Source: a virus. From it: 64,000 nucleotides of DNA. The stretch lies in IMG/VR virus record IMGVR_UViG_3300046779_001269, positions 96,001 through 160,000 of that record, one strand, 5' to 3'. A model generated the notes under the pieces. It did not search any database and had not been told where the DNA came from. It saw only the letters and a list, made by a program, of their open reading frames with translations. This document shows, in pieces, positions 9,301-19,100 of the stretch. Within the stretch, counting starts at the first letter, position 1. Every line of letters starts with the position of its first letter. The position numbers and the translations under genes are program-made.

Positions 9301-11158
9301 CACCTTGAATTAAAATTACGGCCGCATTGGTGGTATTGTAACTTGATGTTGCATAAGAATCAACAGCATTTGCTTTTGTGTATGCGGAAGTTGCATATGC
9401 ATCTACTGCTGCAATGGTTGTATTTTGATATACATCTACACCCTGTATCAGAGTGATTAGTTCTAAGTTTGTATTTGAATGGTCATAAGATGACTGTGCC
9501 AAATCATTGGCAGCATTAGCCTGTACATAACTAGATGCAGCTAATCCGTTGGCAGCGTTTGCTCTTGCATACCCAGATGTTGCCAAATTATTGGCCGCAT
9601 TGGCTCTTCCAAATGCACCTTGTGCATATGTATTTTGTCCTGTTGCAACGCCTTGTAAATAGACAGTTACATTTGCCTGGTCATATGATGCTTGTATAAC
9701 ATCAATATGTGTATTCGCAAAATCGTAGGCAGCTTGTGCTGATTCTGTTGCAGCATTAGCCTGTGTGTGTGCTGCTGGTGCCACATTGGCTGCGTTGAAC
9801 GCTGCTGCAGCATACACTGATGCTTGGTTGGCACGACCATATGCACCTGCCGCAAAACTGTTTACTGCGGATATTGTGGTATTCTGTGCATTATTAACCA
9901 ATTCAGCATGAACGGCAAAATCATATCCTGTATTTGCCTTATTGTATGCATTTTGTGCTGAATCTGTTGCAGCATTCGCTTGTGCAAATGCAGCCTCGTA
10001 AGATACTGTTGCACCACCCAAGTAATTATTTTGGTAATCATTTACTTGTTGTAGATATAATGTAACATTGGCCTGTGCAAATGCTGCTTGAGCATAAGTG
10101 TTAACTGCGTTTGCTCTGGAGAAAGCAGCGACACTGTATGTGTTGACCACATTGGCCTTGTTGAATGCTTCTTGAGCTGAGTTTGTTGCTGCGTTGGCTT
10201 GTGTGAAGGTTGCAGTATCAGTAAATGTGATTGCCTTCGGTGCATTAGGTTCTGTGGTGATTTGTATACCACCACCTGTCTTGAACTTAATTGTGTCTAG
10301 ACCCTGTGCAACAATCGTTGTTTGACCATCAACTTCCCAGTACTTGAATGTGGAATTGATAGAAACTTTTGCGATACCATCACCAATGGATGTTACATCG
10401 AAACCAGAGTCTGTATCAAATCTTAGTGTGTGTACATCTAGTACTGTTGATATTACTGTATTGGTACCATCAACAGTACCGACCGTCATGGCTGCATTTG
10501 CCTTAGCATATGCAGCTCTCGCTAATGTATTGGCTGCGTTTGCCTGTATGTAACTTGATACTGCAAGTGTGTTGGCCGCATTAGCTTGTACAAAGGACGC
10601 AGCAGCAGATGTTCCTGCATTTGCCGTATTGTATGCGGCTTGTGCCAAATTATTGGCTGCATTTGCCTGACCATAACCAGCAGTTGCATATGAATCTACC
10701 GCTGAAATGGTTGTATTTTGATAAGTATTAACACCCTGTATTAAGGTGATTGCAGCATTAGAAGTTTGATATGCCGATGTGGCCAAAGAATCAGCAGCAT
10801 TTGCTTTTGTAAAACCAGAAACTGCATATTCATTTGTTAAGTTGGCTTGATTATATCCTGCTCTAGCCAATGTATTGGCTGAGTTTGCCTGAGTGAACGA
10901 GGCATTTGTCCATGCCCATGGTGCTGATGCAGTTGTTTGTTCTGTTGCATCATTGGTGAAGGTAATTTTTGGAAAGTAACCAGCTGTTGATGACTGTGTG
11001 GCAATTAAATTGACATTGTTTGAACCGTCCTTATAGAACAGTTTTCCGTCCATCATGTTGATGGCCAACTCACCCGAGATTAGACTGGCAGATGTTGGAG
11101 CACTGCCGGGTGTATTTGAATGGTATAACTGAATCGGGGTTGAATTGGCTTGTGCCAT
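6359..11158 (-). CDS. Very long tail-fibre-like coiled-coil protein (1599 aa)
   Basis: N-terminal IQLYHS...GELAINMMDGKLFYKD fibre-attachment motif; 14-aa repeats; RLGINTNTPQANLHVVG fibre motif; C-terminus GRAAAYAIVFGGF. Confidence 0.75.
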   Translation of the reverse strand: MAQANSTPIQLYHSNTPGSAPTSASLISGELAINMMDGKLFYKDGSNNVNLIATQSSTAGYFPKITFTNDATEQTTASAPWAWTNASFTQANSANTLARAGYNQANLTNEYAVSGFTKANAADSLATSAYQTSNAAITLIQGVNTYQNTTISAVDSYATAGYGQANAANNLAQAAYNTANAGTSAAASFVQANAANTLAVSSYIQANAANTLARAAYAKANAAMTVGTVDGTNTVISTVLDVHTLRFDTDSGFDVTSIGDGIAKVSINSTFKYWEVDGQTTIVAQGLDTIKFKTGGGIQITTEPNAPKAITFTDTATFTQANAATNSAQEAFNKANVVNTYSVAAFSRANAVNTYAQAAFAQANVTLYLQQVNDYQNNYLGGATVSYEAAFAQANAATDSAQNAYNKANTGYDFAVHAELVNNAQNTTISAVNSFAAGAYGRANQASVYAAAAFNAANVAPAAHTQANAATESAQAAYDFANTHIDVIQASYDQANVTVYLQGVATGQNTYAQGAFGRANAANNLATSGYARANAANGLAASSYVQANAANDLAQSSYDHSNTNLELITLIQGVDVYQNTTIAAVDAYATSAYTKANAVDSYATSSYNTTNAAVILIQGVNSYQNTRIGDVDSYATAGYTTTNAVSSYAVSGYAQANAANNLADASYAHANTKFATAGGFITGFANVAANVSVGTYLDFNTFATKPSNKEGRIFYDNDQKALAYYNDSDMTGQLLQEAVVRVWNNTGSTITDGKAVYVSGASSANGFPSIALGDASTYEGSEIIGITTTTIPNGGYGYVTQQGKVNGLNTSTYTEGDEVYLSTGATGSWQGTPPAAPNNAVRLGVIAKVDAVNGSILVDITFREGVNKTAGSVLFAYDETIHEDPNNFFWDHVNRRLGINTNTPQANLHVVGDAIFSSNVTITGNLSISNAQSITTTTLVVGGNTIVLNSEVTGSPTTNASIIVNRGSEVNTYIMWDESINEWIMYEGASNPGHIIHSEKTAHTWADYSAMAPYEKLTHPIGASLANTTNELAKGAFAQGNSTLTIVDSLSTLVPAAFTKANAADSLATSGYAQANAGTISAQAAYNQANAATISAQAAYNQANVTVYLQGANDEQNTRITAVDAYATAGYGQANAANDLATASYNSSNSTTILIQGVNNYQNTRISDVDSYATSGYGQANAANNFAHSSYNKANAVGSYAESAYAKSNSSTELLTAAYNQANVTVYLQGVNDAQNTDITGMHTFADASYNQANAANNLASSGYNLANTFSDSITLIQGVNVSQNNRITAVDGMASAAYNQANVTIHLQSVNDAQNTTITAISDYSVSGYGLANAANNLAQAAFDAANTGTTAAAAFTQANAANVLATSGYSLANAANNLAQAAFDAANTGTTAAAAFIQANSANNLADSSYAQANAANNLADSAYTVANSAYTQAVDANTLTFSAFSRANAADILATSSYAQANSADTLARGSFVFGNTQIQFNQSSYDKANGAYTFAGAANNMASAAYAKANSITSGTFAAYLYTASTTAPSGPTVGDKWYDTSTDILYEYINDGTVSYWVDIDSPTLTTNTTNITITNTYTGYGRAAAYAIVFGGF

Positions 11159-11188
11159 TGTTACCTTACCTAAAAATTATTACTTTTA

Positions 11189-11194
11189 TATTTA
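11189..11194 (-). promoter_or_regulatory. T4-type late promoter core TAAATA upstream of the 1599-aa fibre
   Basis: CTAAATA in the intergenic gap about 30 nt before ATG 11158; a similar site at 4906-4911 precedes the 999-aa fibre. Confidence 0.55.
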
Positions 11195-11202
11195 GTGTGG
11201 CA

Positions 11203-13890
11203 TCAGAAAGTGCCACCTGATATTAGACCAGCCACTAATGTTCCTCCGATTGTGGAATTACCAGAAGCGTTTACATTACCAGAAATACCGACACCGCCTG
11301 TTACTACGATTGTACCTGTTGTGGAGTTGGTGGATTCTACTGCTGCGTTTGCGGTGATTGTATTTGATGCAACAATATTAAATGCACCATTGCCTGATCC
11401 ACCTTCTGCTGTGGTGACTGCGAAACCACCAGTATTTGAAATACTCATCACTGTTCCGGTGTCACCGGTTAGTGAAATGCCACCCTCTTGTGCAGAAATA
11501 GATGCACCACCAAGGTCAATAGTATTACCAGCAATGTATAGTTTTCTCCATCTTCTAGTCGGAGAACCTAAATCATATGATACGTTGGCCGCAGGTAACA
11601 AGTGAGTTGTGAATACATTACCTGTTGGACTACCAAGTACAGTTTCTGCCTGAACGGTAAGTTTACCGGTCATGGTATCACCAGACTTCAGTACAGATGC
11701 ATATGCTCTTGTGTTCGCTGTGTTGGCCTGTGCATAACCAGAAGTTGCTAGTGTGTCAGCTGCATTGGCCTTATTGTAACCAGTCTGAGCAAAGTTATCA
11801 ATAGATTGTTGTGCTGATGACAGAGCAGAAAGTGTTGTGTTTTGACTCAAATTCACATTGGTCAAATATGTTATGGTAGTTCCATAAGCATAAGCAGTAT
11901 TTGCCACACCATATGATGAAGTTGCAAGTTCATTGGCCGCATTGGCTTGTGCATATGCGGAATTGGCGAATGTACTTACCTTGCCTAGATTGGTTGATGT
12001 TGTTGCATCATTCAATATTGCAGCATTAGCCTGGTTGTATGCAGCTTGTGCTGACACAGTTGCGGCATTCGCCTGATTATATGCAGATACGATTGCACCA
12101 CCACCTGCTGCGTTAGCGGTATTGTATGCAGCCTGTGCTAAACTGTTTGTTGCATTTGCCTGAGCATAAGAAGAAAATGCGAATGTGTTGACCGCATTTA
12201 CTCTGGCATAACTAGACACCGCCAAGTTATTGGCTGCGTTTGCTTGTGTGTAACCACTGGTTGCCAAAGAATCTGCAGCATTAGCCTTGGCAAACCCTGT
12301 TGTTGCCAGATTATTGGCTGCATTTGCCTGTAAGAAAGATGCATTGGTTGTTACATAGGCAGAAGTTACTAATGTGTCCGCAGCATTAGCCTTGGCAAAC
12401 CCTGTTGTTGCCAAATCATTTGCAGCATTTGCTTGTGTGTATGACGATGTTGCCAGTGTGTCAGCAGCATTTGCTTTAGTGTATGCGGATGTTGCTGAGT
12501 TAGTACCAGCATTGGCCTGTGCATATGCCGAAGTGGCCAAATTGTTTGCAGCATTAGCAACGACAGAACCAGAACTTGAAATTGCTAGAACGTTTTGACC
12601 AGCAACTGTCGCTGAAGATACAGTAATTGAACTACCAATCAGATTGCCTTTAAAATTACCTGCATATAAGTTTGCATAACTTAATGATGGGTGAGCAATG
12701 TTGATTAAGTTATTTGATTGTATTGATGGTGCATAACCTTGGAATACAATAAACTCTTTCGATACTGGGTCACGAATGATACCGGTGTGTGCATTTGCCA
12801 ACAACACCGAGTCTCTATACTTACCAACAAAACCAATGTCGACCTGGTCACTCAATACATTGTTGTTTGCCAACACAATCATCGGGTCGGCAATGTTAAC
12901 TGAAAATGTGTCTAGTGTTACAGTATTACCTAATACAAATAGGTCACCCGTTACAGAAATATTCTTAGCAAATGTAACATTGCCTGCAATAGTACCACCA
13001 TTGTTAATCAGGTTGTTTGCAATATTTGCGGTGTCGTATGCTGATTCTGAATATGAACCTACTGCATTTGCAAGGTCATATGCTGCTTGTGCCGAAGATG
13101 TACCTGCATTGGCTTGTGTATACCCTGATGCCGCCAATGTATTTGTGGCATTAGCCTGATTATATGCAGCTTGTGCAGAAGATGTTGCTGCGTTGGCCTG
13201 TGTGTAACCACTTTGTGCCAGTTGGTTTGCAGCGTTTGCTCTAGTGAATCCAGATACTGCCAAGTTATTGGCTGCGTTTGCTTGACCGTATGCGGATGTT
13301 GCATAAGTTTCAATTGATGTTACTCTTGTATTCTGGAATACATTAACACCTTGTATTAAAACTGTATTAGCTGCCGCAGTATTGGCTGTGTTGTAAGCTG
13401 CCTGTGCAGAGGATGTACCTGCATTGGCCTGAGCATAAGCACTTGTGGTTAGTGTGTCAGCAGAATTTGACTTGTTATATGCCGCTTGTGCTGAGTTGGT
13501 TGCTGCGTTTGCCTGGTCATAAGCAGAGTTTGCCTTAGTAAATGCAGGTTGTATTTGTGGAAATACATTGTTGGCCGCATTGTAGGCCGCTTGTGCTGAG
13601 TTGGTTGCTGCGTTGGCTTGTGCAAATGCTGCGTTGGCAACTTCACTGACACCAACACCAGAACTTCCGTACGCCAAGTTGGCAACACTAAATGCTGCCT
13701 GAGCAAGTGTGATAGTATTGTTTAGACTATCTACAACACTTTTACCACCAATAAGGTGAATACTAGTGTTTGAACCAATGTATAGGTTATTGGAAACAAA
13801 AGAATAAGCTAACTGTCCATCTTGTAGTGATGATGGTGTTGAATTGGCATATGACCTTAATATCTTAATTGTTGTTGTGTTTGATGACAT
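11203..13890 (-). CDS. Tail-fibre-like coiled-coil protein (895 aa)
   Basis: N-terminal IKILRS...DGQLAYSF motif; 14-aa repeats; LPAANVSYDLGSPTRRWRKLY fibre motif; ends ISGGTF. Confidence 0.75.
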   Translation of the reverse strand: MSSNTTTIKILRSYANSTPSSLQDGQLAYSFVSNNLYIGSNTSIHLIGGKSVVDSLNNTITLAQAAFSVANLAYGSSGVGVSEVANAAFAQANAATNSAQAAYNAANNVFPQIQPAFTKANSAYDQANAATNSAQAAYNKSNSADTLTTSAYAQANAGTSSAQAAYNTANTAAANTVLIQGVNVFQNTRVTSIETYATSAYGQANAANNLAVSGFTRANAANQLAQSGYTQANAATSSAQAAYNQANATNTLAASGYTQANAGTSSAQAAYDLANAVGSYSESAYDTANIANNLINNGGTIAGNVTFAKNISVTGDLFVLGNTVTLDTFSVNIADPMIVLANNNVLSDQVDIGFVGKYRDSVLLANAHTGIIRDPVSKEFIVFQGYAPSIQSNNLINIAHPSLSYANLYAGNFKGNLIGSSITVSSATVAGQNVLAISSSGSVVANAANNLATSAYAQANAGTNSATSAYTKANAADTLATSSYTQANAANDLATTGFAKANAADTLVTSAYVTTNASFLQANAANNLATTGFAKANAADSLATSGYTQANAANNLAVSSYARVNAVNTFAFSSYAQANATNSLAQAAYNTANAAGGGAIVSAYNQANAATVSAQAAYNQANAAILNDATTSTNLGKVSTFANSAYAQANAANELATSSYGVANTAYAYGTTITYLTNVNLSQNTTLSALSSAQQSIDNFAQTGYNKANAADTLATSGYAQANTANTRAYASVLKSGDTMTGKLTVQAETVLGSPTGNVFTTHLLPAANVSYDLGSPTRRWRKLYIAGNTIDLGGASISAQEGGISLTGDTGTVMSISNTGGFAVTTAEGGSGNGAFNIVASNTITANAAVESTNSTTGTIVVTGGVGISGNVNASGNSTIGGTLVAGLISGGTF

Positions 13891-14111
13891 TAAAATGATC
13901 CATTGTCCAATGTAGATATTACAGTATTAGCCGATTGCACAGCAAAGTCATTTGTGCTTGCACGATAAACAATTACACCACCGTCAGTCGCTGCAGCCAA
14001 ACTTAAATCGGATGCACTCTTTAGTGTTCTAGAGCCGTATTGTAGTGTGGTAACTTTTGGATTAGTTTGGCCAATCGTTACTCTTACGGTTGATGGAGGA
14101 GTTGTTGCCAT
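13890..14111 (-). CDS. Small virion structural protein (73 aa)
   Basis: Translationally coupled (TAATG) within the fibre operon; ends LDNGSF. Confidence 0.6.
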   Translation of the reverse strand: MATTPPSTVRVTIGQTNPKVTTLQYGSRTLKSASDLSLAAATDGGVIVYRASTNDFAVQSANTVISTLDNGSF

Positions 14112-14464
14112 TAGAACCTCGTTGTATTGGGTATAACATCAACAACACCTTCTAAGATTTTAATAACAGAATTTGCTTGACCTGGAGCACCTTCAAAAGA
14201 AATAAATGTATCATAAACATAACGACCTGGTGCAATATTTGCAGTAACCTGTGATGACAAGCCCAATGAAATTGTTCCTGTTGTGGTGTCTATTGATGTT
14301 GTGAACTCTGCGGTAGCGTTTGCAGAATAGTGTGACTTACGAATCTGACTTTTGGCAGTAGAGTTTGTTAAATCATATGCTTCACCATAGGCATCATCTA
14401 GTGTTACCGTAATGTCAAAGGTTGCACCTTTTTCTATGAATAAATTTTGATATCCTGCTGCCAT
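14111..14464 (-). CDS. Conserved T4-like virion structural protein (Ig-like, fibre-attachment candidate)
   Basis: NLFIEKGATF...YDLT...AKSQIRKS...GRYVYD...ILEGVVDV pattern. Confidence 0.65.
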   Translation of the reverse strand: MAAGYQNLFIEKGATFDITVTLDDAYGEAYDLTNSTAKSQIRKSHYSANATAEFTTSIDTTTGTISLGLSSQVTANIAPGRYVYDTFISFEGAPGQANSVIKILEGVVDVIPNTTRF

Positions 14465-14487
14465 TTTTTATCTTTATATTATTGTAT

Positions 14488-14495
14488 TATTTATA
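14488..14495 (-). promoter_or_regulatory. Perfect T4 late promoter TATAAATA
   Basis: Exact consensus in the intergenic gap 23 nt upstream of ATG 14464. Confidence 0.75.
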
Positions 14496-14516
14496 AGACA
14501 TACCAAAAATAAAATG

Positions 14517-14906
14517 TTATGTTGGCTCTTTTGGCCACGTGACAGTATTTGGATATCCTTCTTGCTTAGTAATATCTCTTAGAGCTTGGCGATATACAGA
14601 CCACTTTTGTTTTGTTTCTTCTGGAACATCCGGTAACTGTGTCCAATCTGTATTATTTAATAGTGTGTCTCTTTTGATTTTTATATGGAATGATAATTGT
14701 TCTGTTGTTGGAGGAGTATAATCTTGAATTCTTCCAAATTCTCCCGCAACACACAATTCAAAAACCTTGCGGCCATGTTCCTCAACATCATTTTTGTTGG
14801 CTGTGAAAGGTATTTCTTCGTTCATTTCTTCAAATCGAACGACAAGGTCAATCAATGTTTTTTCTTTGTTCACCCACTTTGGATTTTTTGCGGATAGTAA
14901 TTTCAT
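14517..14906 (-). CDS. Tail fibre assembly chaperone
   Basis: RDTLLNNTDWTQLPD...WSVYRQALRDI...WPKEP motif; directly follows a fibre gene. Confidence 0.85.
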   Translation of the reverse strand: MKLLSAKNPKWVNKEKTLIDLVVRFEEMNEEIPFTANKNDVEEHGRKVFELCVAGEFGRIQDYTPPTTEQLSFHIKIKRDTLLNNTDWTQLPDVPEETKQKWSVYRQALRDITKQEGYPNTVTWPKEPT

Positions 14907-14916
14907 GTTTTTCCTT

Positions 14917-15849
14917 TTAAGATATTCTCAGATAAAGAGATGCATAGGCAGCAGAAGCATAATCGGGTATATTAAAGACATATCCCATTCTTCTCCATGT
15001 TCCACTTGGGCTACCTGAAGTGAATCCATATGCGTTGGTATATGCTAAACTGGATCCTGCCACTGTTCCACCCGCTGCACCTCCATTTTCATACGAAGTC
15101 CATAAAAAAGCATAACTTCCTACCGCACCGGTTGACAGGCCTGCGGTTGTAGTTGCCACATTTGGCACACTAACGGTTACGGCGCCTGTGCTTCCATTAA
15201 CTGATGTTACACCACCATTACCTGCGGTGGTTGCACTGCCTGCGGTTGTTGCGTAATTGACACTCTTGTTTGCATCAGCTGTATTGTCCACATTACCCAA
15301 ACCAACTTTTGATTTTGATAACGATGTTATCCACGCCGGATCAGCATAAGAACCATTAGTATAGACACCGTTCGTAACTGATCCTGCATTACCATCAGCA
15401 TTACCAGAAATTGAACCGGTAATTTTACTACTAAATGTTTTTATTCCATTAATAGTTTGATTGCCTTCTGTATACACACCATTAGTTACTGTGCCAGCAT
15501 TACCATCAGCATTACCAGAAATTGAACCAACAATTTTACTGTTGAATGTTTTGGTACCAGTGATGGTTTGATTGCCTACCGAATATACACCATTAGTTAC
15601 TGTGCCAGCATTACCTGTTGTGCTTCCGGAAGAACCACTAACGTTAATGGCATAAGTACCGGCCGCAACTTGTGATGGTCCAATCGTACCAGTCAACTGT
15701 GATGTTGCAATACTTGGTGTTGCATTAGCCGCATATGTCAATCGACCTTGTGAATCAACAGTGAATACAGCATGTTGTGTTGTGCCGCCATATGTTCCAG
15801 CTCCTACAGCTGTATCACTCAATACATGCGAACTTACTTTGTTTGTCAT
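14917..15849 (-). CDS. Short tail fibre protein (310 aa)
   Basis: TVDSQGRLT, repeated GNQTIxGxKTF and GNAGTVTNGVY, VGLGNVDNT, GTWRRMG tip; followed by chaperone. Confidence 0.75.
   Translation of the reverse strand: MTNKVSSHVLSDTAVGAGTYGGTTQHAVFTVDSQGRLTYAANATPSIATSQLTGTIGPSQVAAGTYAINVSGSSGSTTGNAGTVTNGVYSVGNQTITGTKTFNSKIVGSISGNADGNAGTVTNGVYTEGNQTINGIKTFSSKITGSISGNADGNAGSVTNGVYTNGSYADPAWITSLSKSKVGLGNVDNTADANKSVNYATTAGSATTAGNGGVTSVNGSTGAVTVSVPNVATTTAGLSTGAVGSYAFLWTSYENGGAAGGTVAGSSLAYTNAYGFTSGSPSGTWRRMGYVFNIPDYASAAYASLYLRIS
15391..15614. repeat. Intragenic ~111-bp tandem duplication in the short fibre gene
   Basis: catcagcattaccagaaattgaacc and ccattagttactgtgccagcattacc each recur about 111 bp apart. 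Confidence 0.7.
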
Positions 15850-15861
15850 TTAATTTGCCTT

Positions 15862-16098
15862 TTAATCGTTAAAGGTAATGTTAAATTTATTTTTAATTGT
15901 ATCAAATAACTCATGCGATTCATCAATTGTCACCATTTGTGCAATGTTTTCCAACGAAACACTCTCCGAATCATCTGGAACAGGCGTTGTAATTTCTGAA
16001 TTGCTTATTGTTGAATCATCAGTTACTTTTATAAACACTTGTAAAATGTTTCTTTTCTCTGGATATGCTTGAGCACTTATAATATCTTTTATTTTCAT
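15862..16098 (-). CDS. Hypothetical protein (78 aa)
   Basis: Start reassigned to MKIKDII, just after the stop of the 1235-aa gene. Confidence 0.55.
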   Translation of the reverse strand: MKIKDIISAQAYPEKRNILQVFIKVTDDSTISNSEITTPVPDDSESVSLENIAQMVTIDESHELFDTIKNKFNITFND

Positions 16099-16103
16099 TT
16101 TAA

Positions 16104-19100
16104 TTAACCCACTTTTGTTGCTGAAAATTGTACACCAGCACCAGCATTCCAATAACCAGAAGAACTAATTGGACTCGGATAAGCTCGCCATTGATAGTTG
16201 TATGGTGATGGTAAGTTTAAAACATTTGGAACACGTTCATTGTCAAAATTGCCAACATCTGCTACTGTTGAAGAACTGTATGAAGGAACATTTGGACTCC
16301 ATATCATCCTCAATCTTATTTGTGCGCCGGATCTGATATAAAAGGGTTTATTAAATATCGAATCATTACTTTTACCCCAACCGTTATAATAATATGAACC
16401 TTGTGTTCCAACATATCTTGTGTCGCCATAGACTTTCTCTAATGCATTAACTTGTTGGAAATCCCAAGTTCTGGCAGAAATTGCATACCAAGCTGTACCA
16501 AGAAGTACCTCTAGTGCTCCAGTCACATAGGCTGATGTGCTTAACCAAGCGTTACAATAATATCTTCTTCCTCTAAAATATATGTTAACGTCATTAAAAG
16601 ACCACCAACCTTCGGATGGAACATTAAATGTCACTGAGGTGTCATCAATAGAACCATTTGATAATGTATATGTATAATTTGGAACAGCACCCATTCCCCA
16701 AAATATACCATTGTCACCATAGATATGTGTATCATTGCTCAGACCACTTAATGTAGTTGGTCTACCACTTACATTAGACCATGCAACAGAACCAGCACTC
16801 GATGCATAGTTAACGGAACCGGATGATGTTTGGTAACCAGAATCATTTGTGAAAGCACTGACAGCTGTTGGTCTACTAGTTACACCGGTCCATGGAACAG
16901 AAGCAGCAGAATCTGCATGACCTACCTGTGTGTCAGCATGTGCTGTGTCACCATTGTAACCATATAATCTCCAACGGCTACCTGTCCAATATGTTTGTAC
17001 GGAATAATTACTTGAGTCATCTCTACGATACAAACGATATGGTCCAGGACGATTGGCGTCTGTCCACATACCTGTTTGACCGGTAATTCCACTTGCTGGA
17101 ACTGAATTTGCTGTGATACTCACACTTTGAATCGCATCTCTAACCTTCGACACACTGACTTTACGATAGTAGTTATCGGATGCGTTTGTTATGATGAATT
17201 GGTTAGGTGTTTCATTTTCATTTCGGCCAGTATCACTATTAATATAGTTAACGAATGTGTAACCGTTACCTTGTGTTCTCACCAACTTGTTTGCACCAGG
17301 AGCAACACCACCCGAAGGTATACCAATTGATTCTGTAGCTGATCCAACTGCACCGGCCCAACCAGTTACATTAATACCCCAGTTACCGGTTGCACCAGTA
17401 CCAGCTTTTGTTGGGTAACTACCATCAGCTGATGTGGTTGTCATATAACCTAAGTTCTTAACCCATGCTGTTGTAGCAAATGATGTGTTTGATGCAGCAC
17501 CATCTACTGTCAAGCCCATTGCGTGACCAGTAAATGTGGCACCAGACAACGCAGCCTTTCTTGTTTCCAAGTTACTGATTGCTAATTCAATCGTATTCGC
17601 TGTTGCTGGAATAGCACCAATAGGTGTTGTGATTGTAATATTGTTAGCATAGTATGCATACACCATATATGCATCAACTTCAAATAGAATCTTTACTCCA
17701 GATGCTGGTGCAATTGTAAACACTACACTAGTTGTACCTGATTCAGTGTAACCTTCATATTGACGAACACCATCTAAGTAAACTCTCAACTGGTTTGCAC
17801 CGTTGGTGAATGTTGGTGCAGTAAATGTTGTTGTTGATCCGTCACCTGTTGCTGTTGAACGGGTAGAAGTGATTCTGCTTCCTGGTTGTGTACCACCGCC
17901 GCCACCGCCTGTGCCACCAGCAACCCAAAGATAACTTCCCACACCTTGAGTTCCCAAAACATAACCAGCTGGAACACCAGAAGCATCTGGCAACAAGTTT
18001 GTCAATGCAGTAACTCTGTCAGCACCACCAGTACCACCAGAACCAATAGCTAAAGCAGTTGAAGTTAATTCTAGTCCTGTAAACTTAGGCGCAGCGGTTC
18101 TTCTAATGTCTTGTGGTGTACTAAACACCAATGTGTTACTTGATGCAACGATTGTTACACCGTTTGCACCAGACATTGTTATGCCAGTTGTTGAACCTGT
18201 TGGTGATGGTGTAGCAGTACCTGATGTACCAGTTACCGAATTTAATCCAGTATTTGCACGAGTAAATGCTGGATCCACCTTTGTTGTTACAACACCATCA
18301 ACATATGTTTGTAAATATGTGTTGGCAGTATCTGTATATGTTTTTGCTGTTGCTAGTGCTGTACCAACATTGGCCTGTGACCATGTGTTGCCTGCACTAA
18401 TAGTGGCAGTCAAGAAACTATTTGCTGTATTGATGTAGTTATTCAGTGTGTTTGCAACTGCTGATGTTGCCACATTGGAAGAACTTGTGACACTTGTAGA
18501 GTCACTTAGAAATTCATTTGTTAGAATTCTGTAATATTGTCCGTTGTCAACATCATTTAATTGAAATTCTTTTGATGATTCACTCCATCTAATGTCAGCA
18601 TTTGCACCAGATGAACCTCTGTTGACAGAGAATCTTGAGGTGATACCTGTGCCACTACCAGCATTAATTGTGAATGTGTTTGTATTGTATACAGTCGATC
18701 CATTTATTACAAAGTTACCACCAACAGATAATTGTCCTAATGTTTCTAAATTATTGGTAAAAATGTTCGCTGTGTTGGCATCAATTCTGTTTCTAACTGT
18801 TATCAATGGCGTTACAATGTTAGCACTTGCATTAACAGTGTTTGAAGTTAAATTATTGGCATATAATGTAGATGCAGAAACATAAACATTGGCTCTTACT
18901 GTATCGTAGAAAGAGTTTGCACCAGACAATACTCCTATAACTCCAGTATTTGCAGTAATGCCATTGATGTTTGCTTGTCCAAAAATATCTTCGTTTGTGA
19001 CTTGCAATGTGGTAATTGTACCAGTATTTGAAGTCAGGTTGTTTGTTGCGGTTGTACCTGTAACAAATACAGCAGCTGTATTAACTGATGTGTTGGCCTT

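Noticed and set aside
11197-11216. Terminator at GTGGCA-N8-TGCCAC over the stop codon of the 895-aa gene
   Set aside because: Short 6-bp stem with no U-tract; directly followed by a late promoter
1879-13890. CRISPR array or non-coding repeat array suggested by recurring gcattggcctg/gcatttgcctg
   Set aside because: Repeats are degenerate, in frame with a 42-nt period, and encode the QANA coiled-coil motif; there is no repeat-spacer structure
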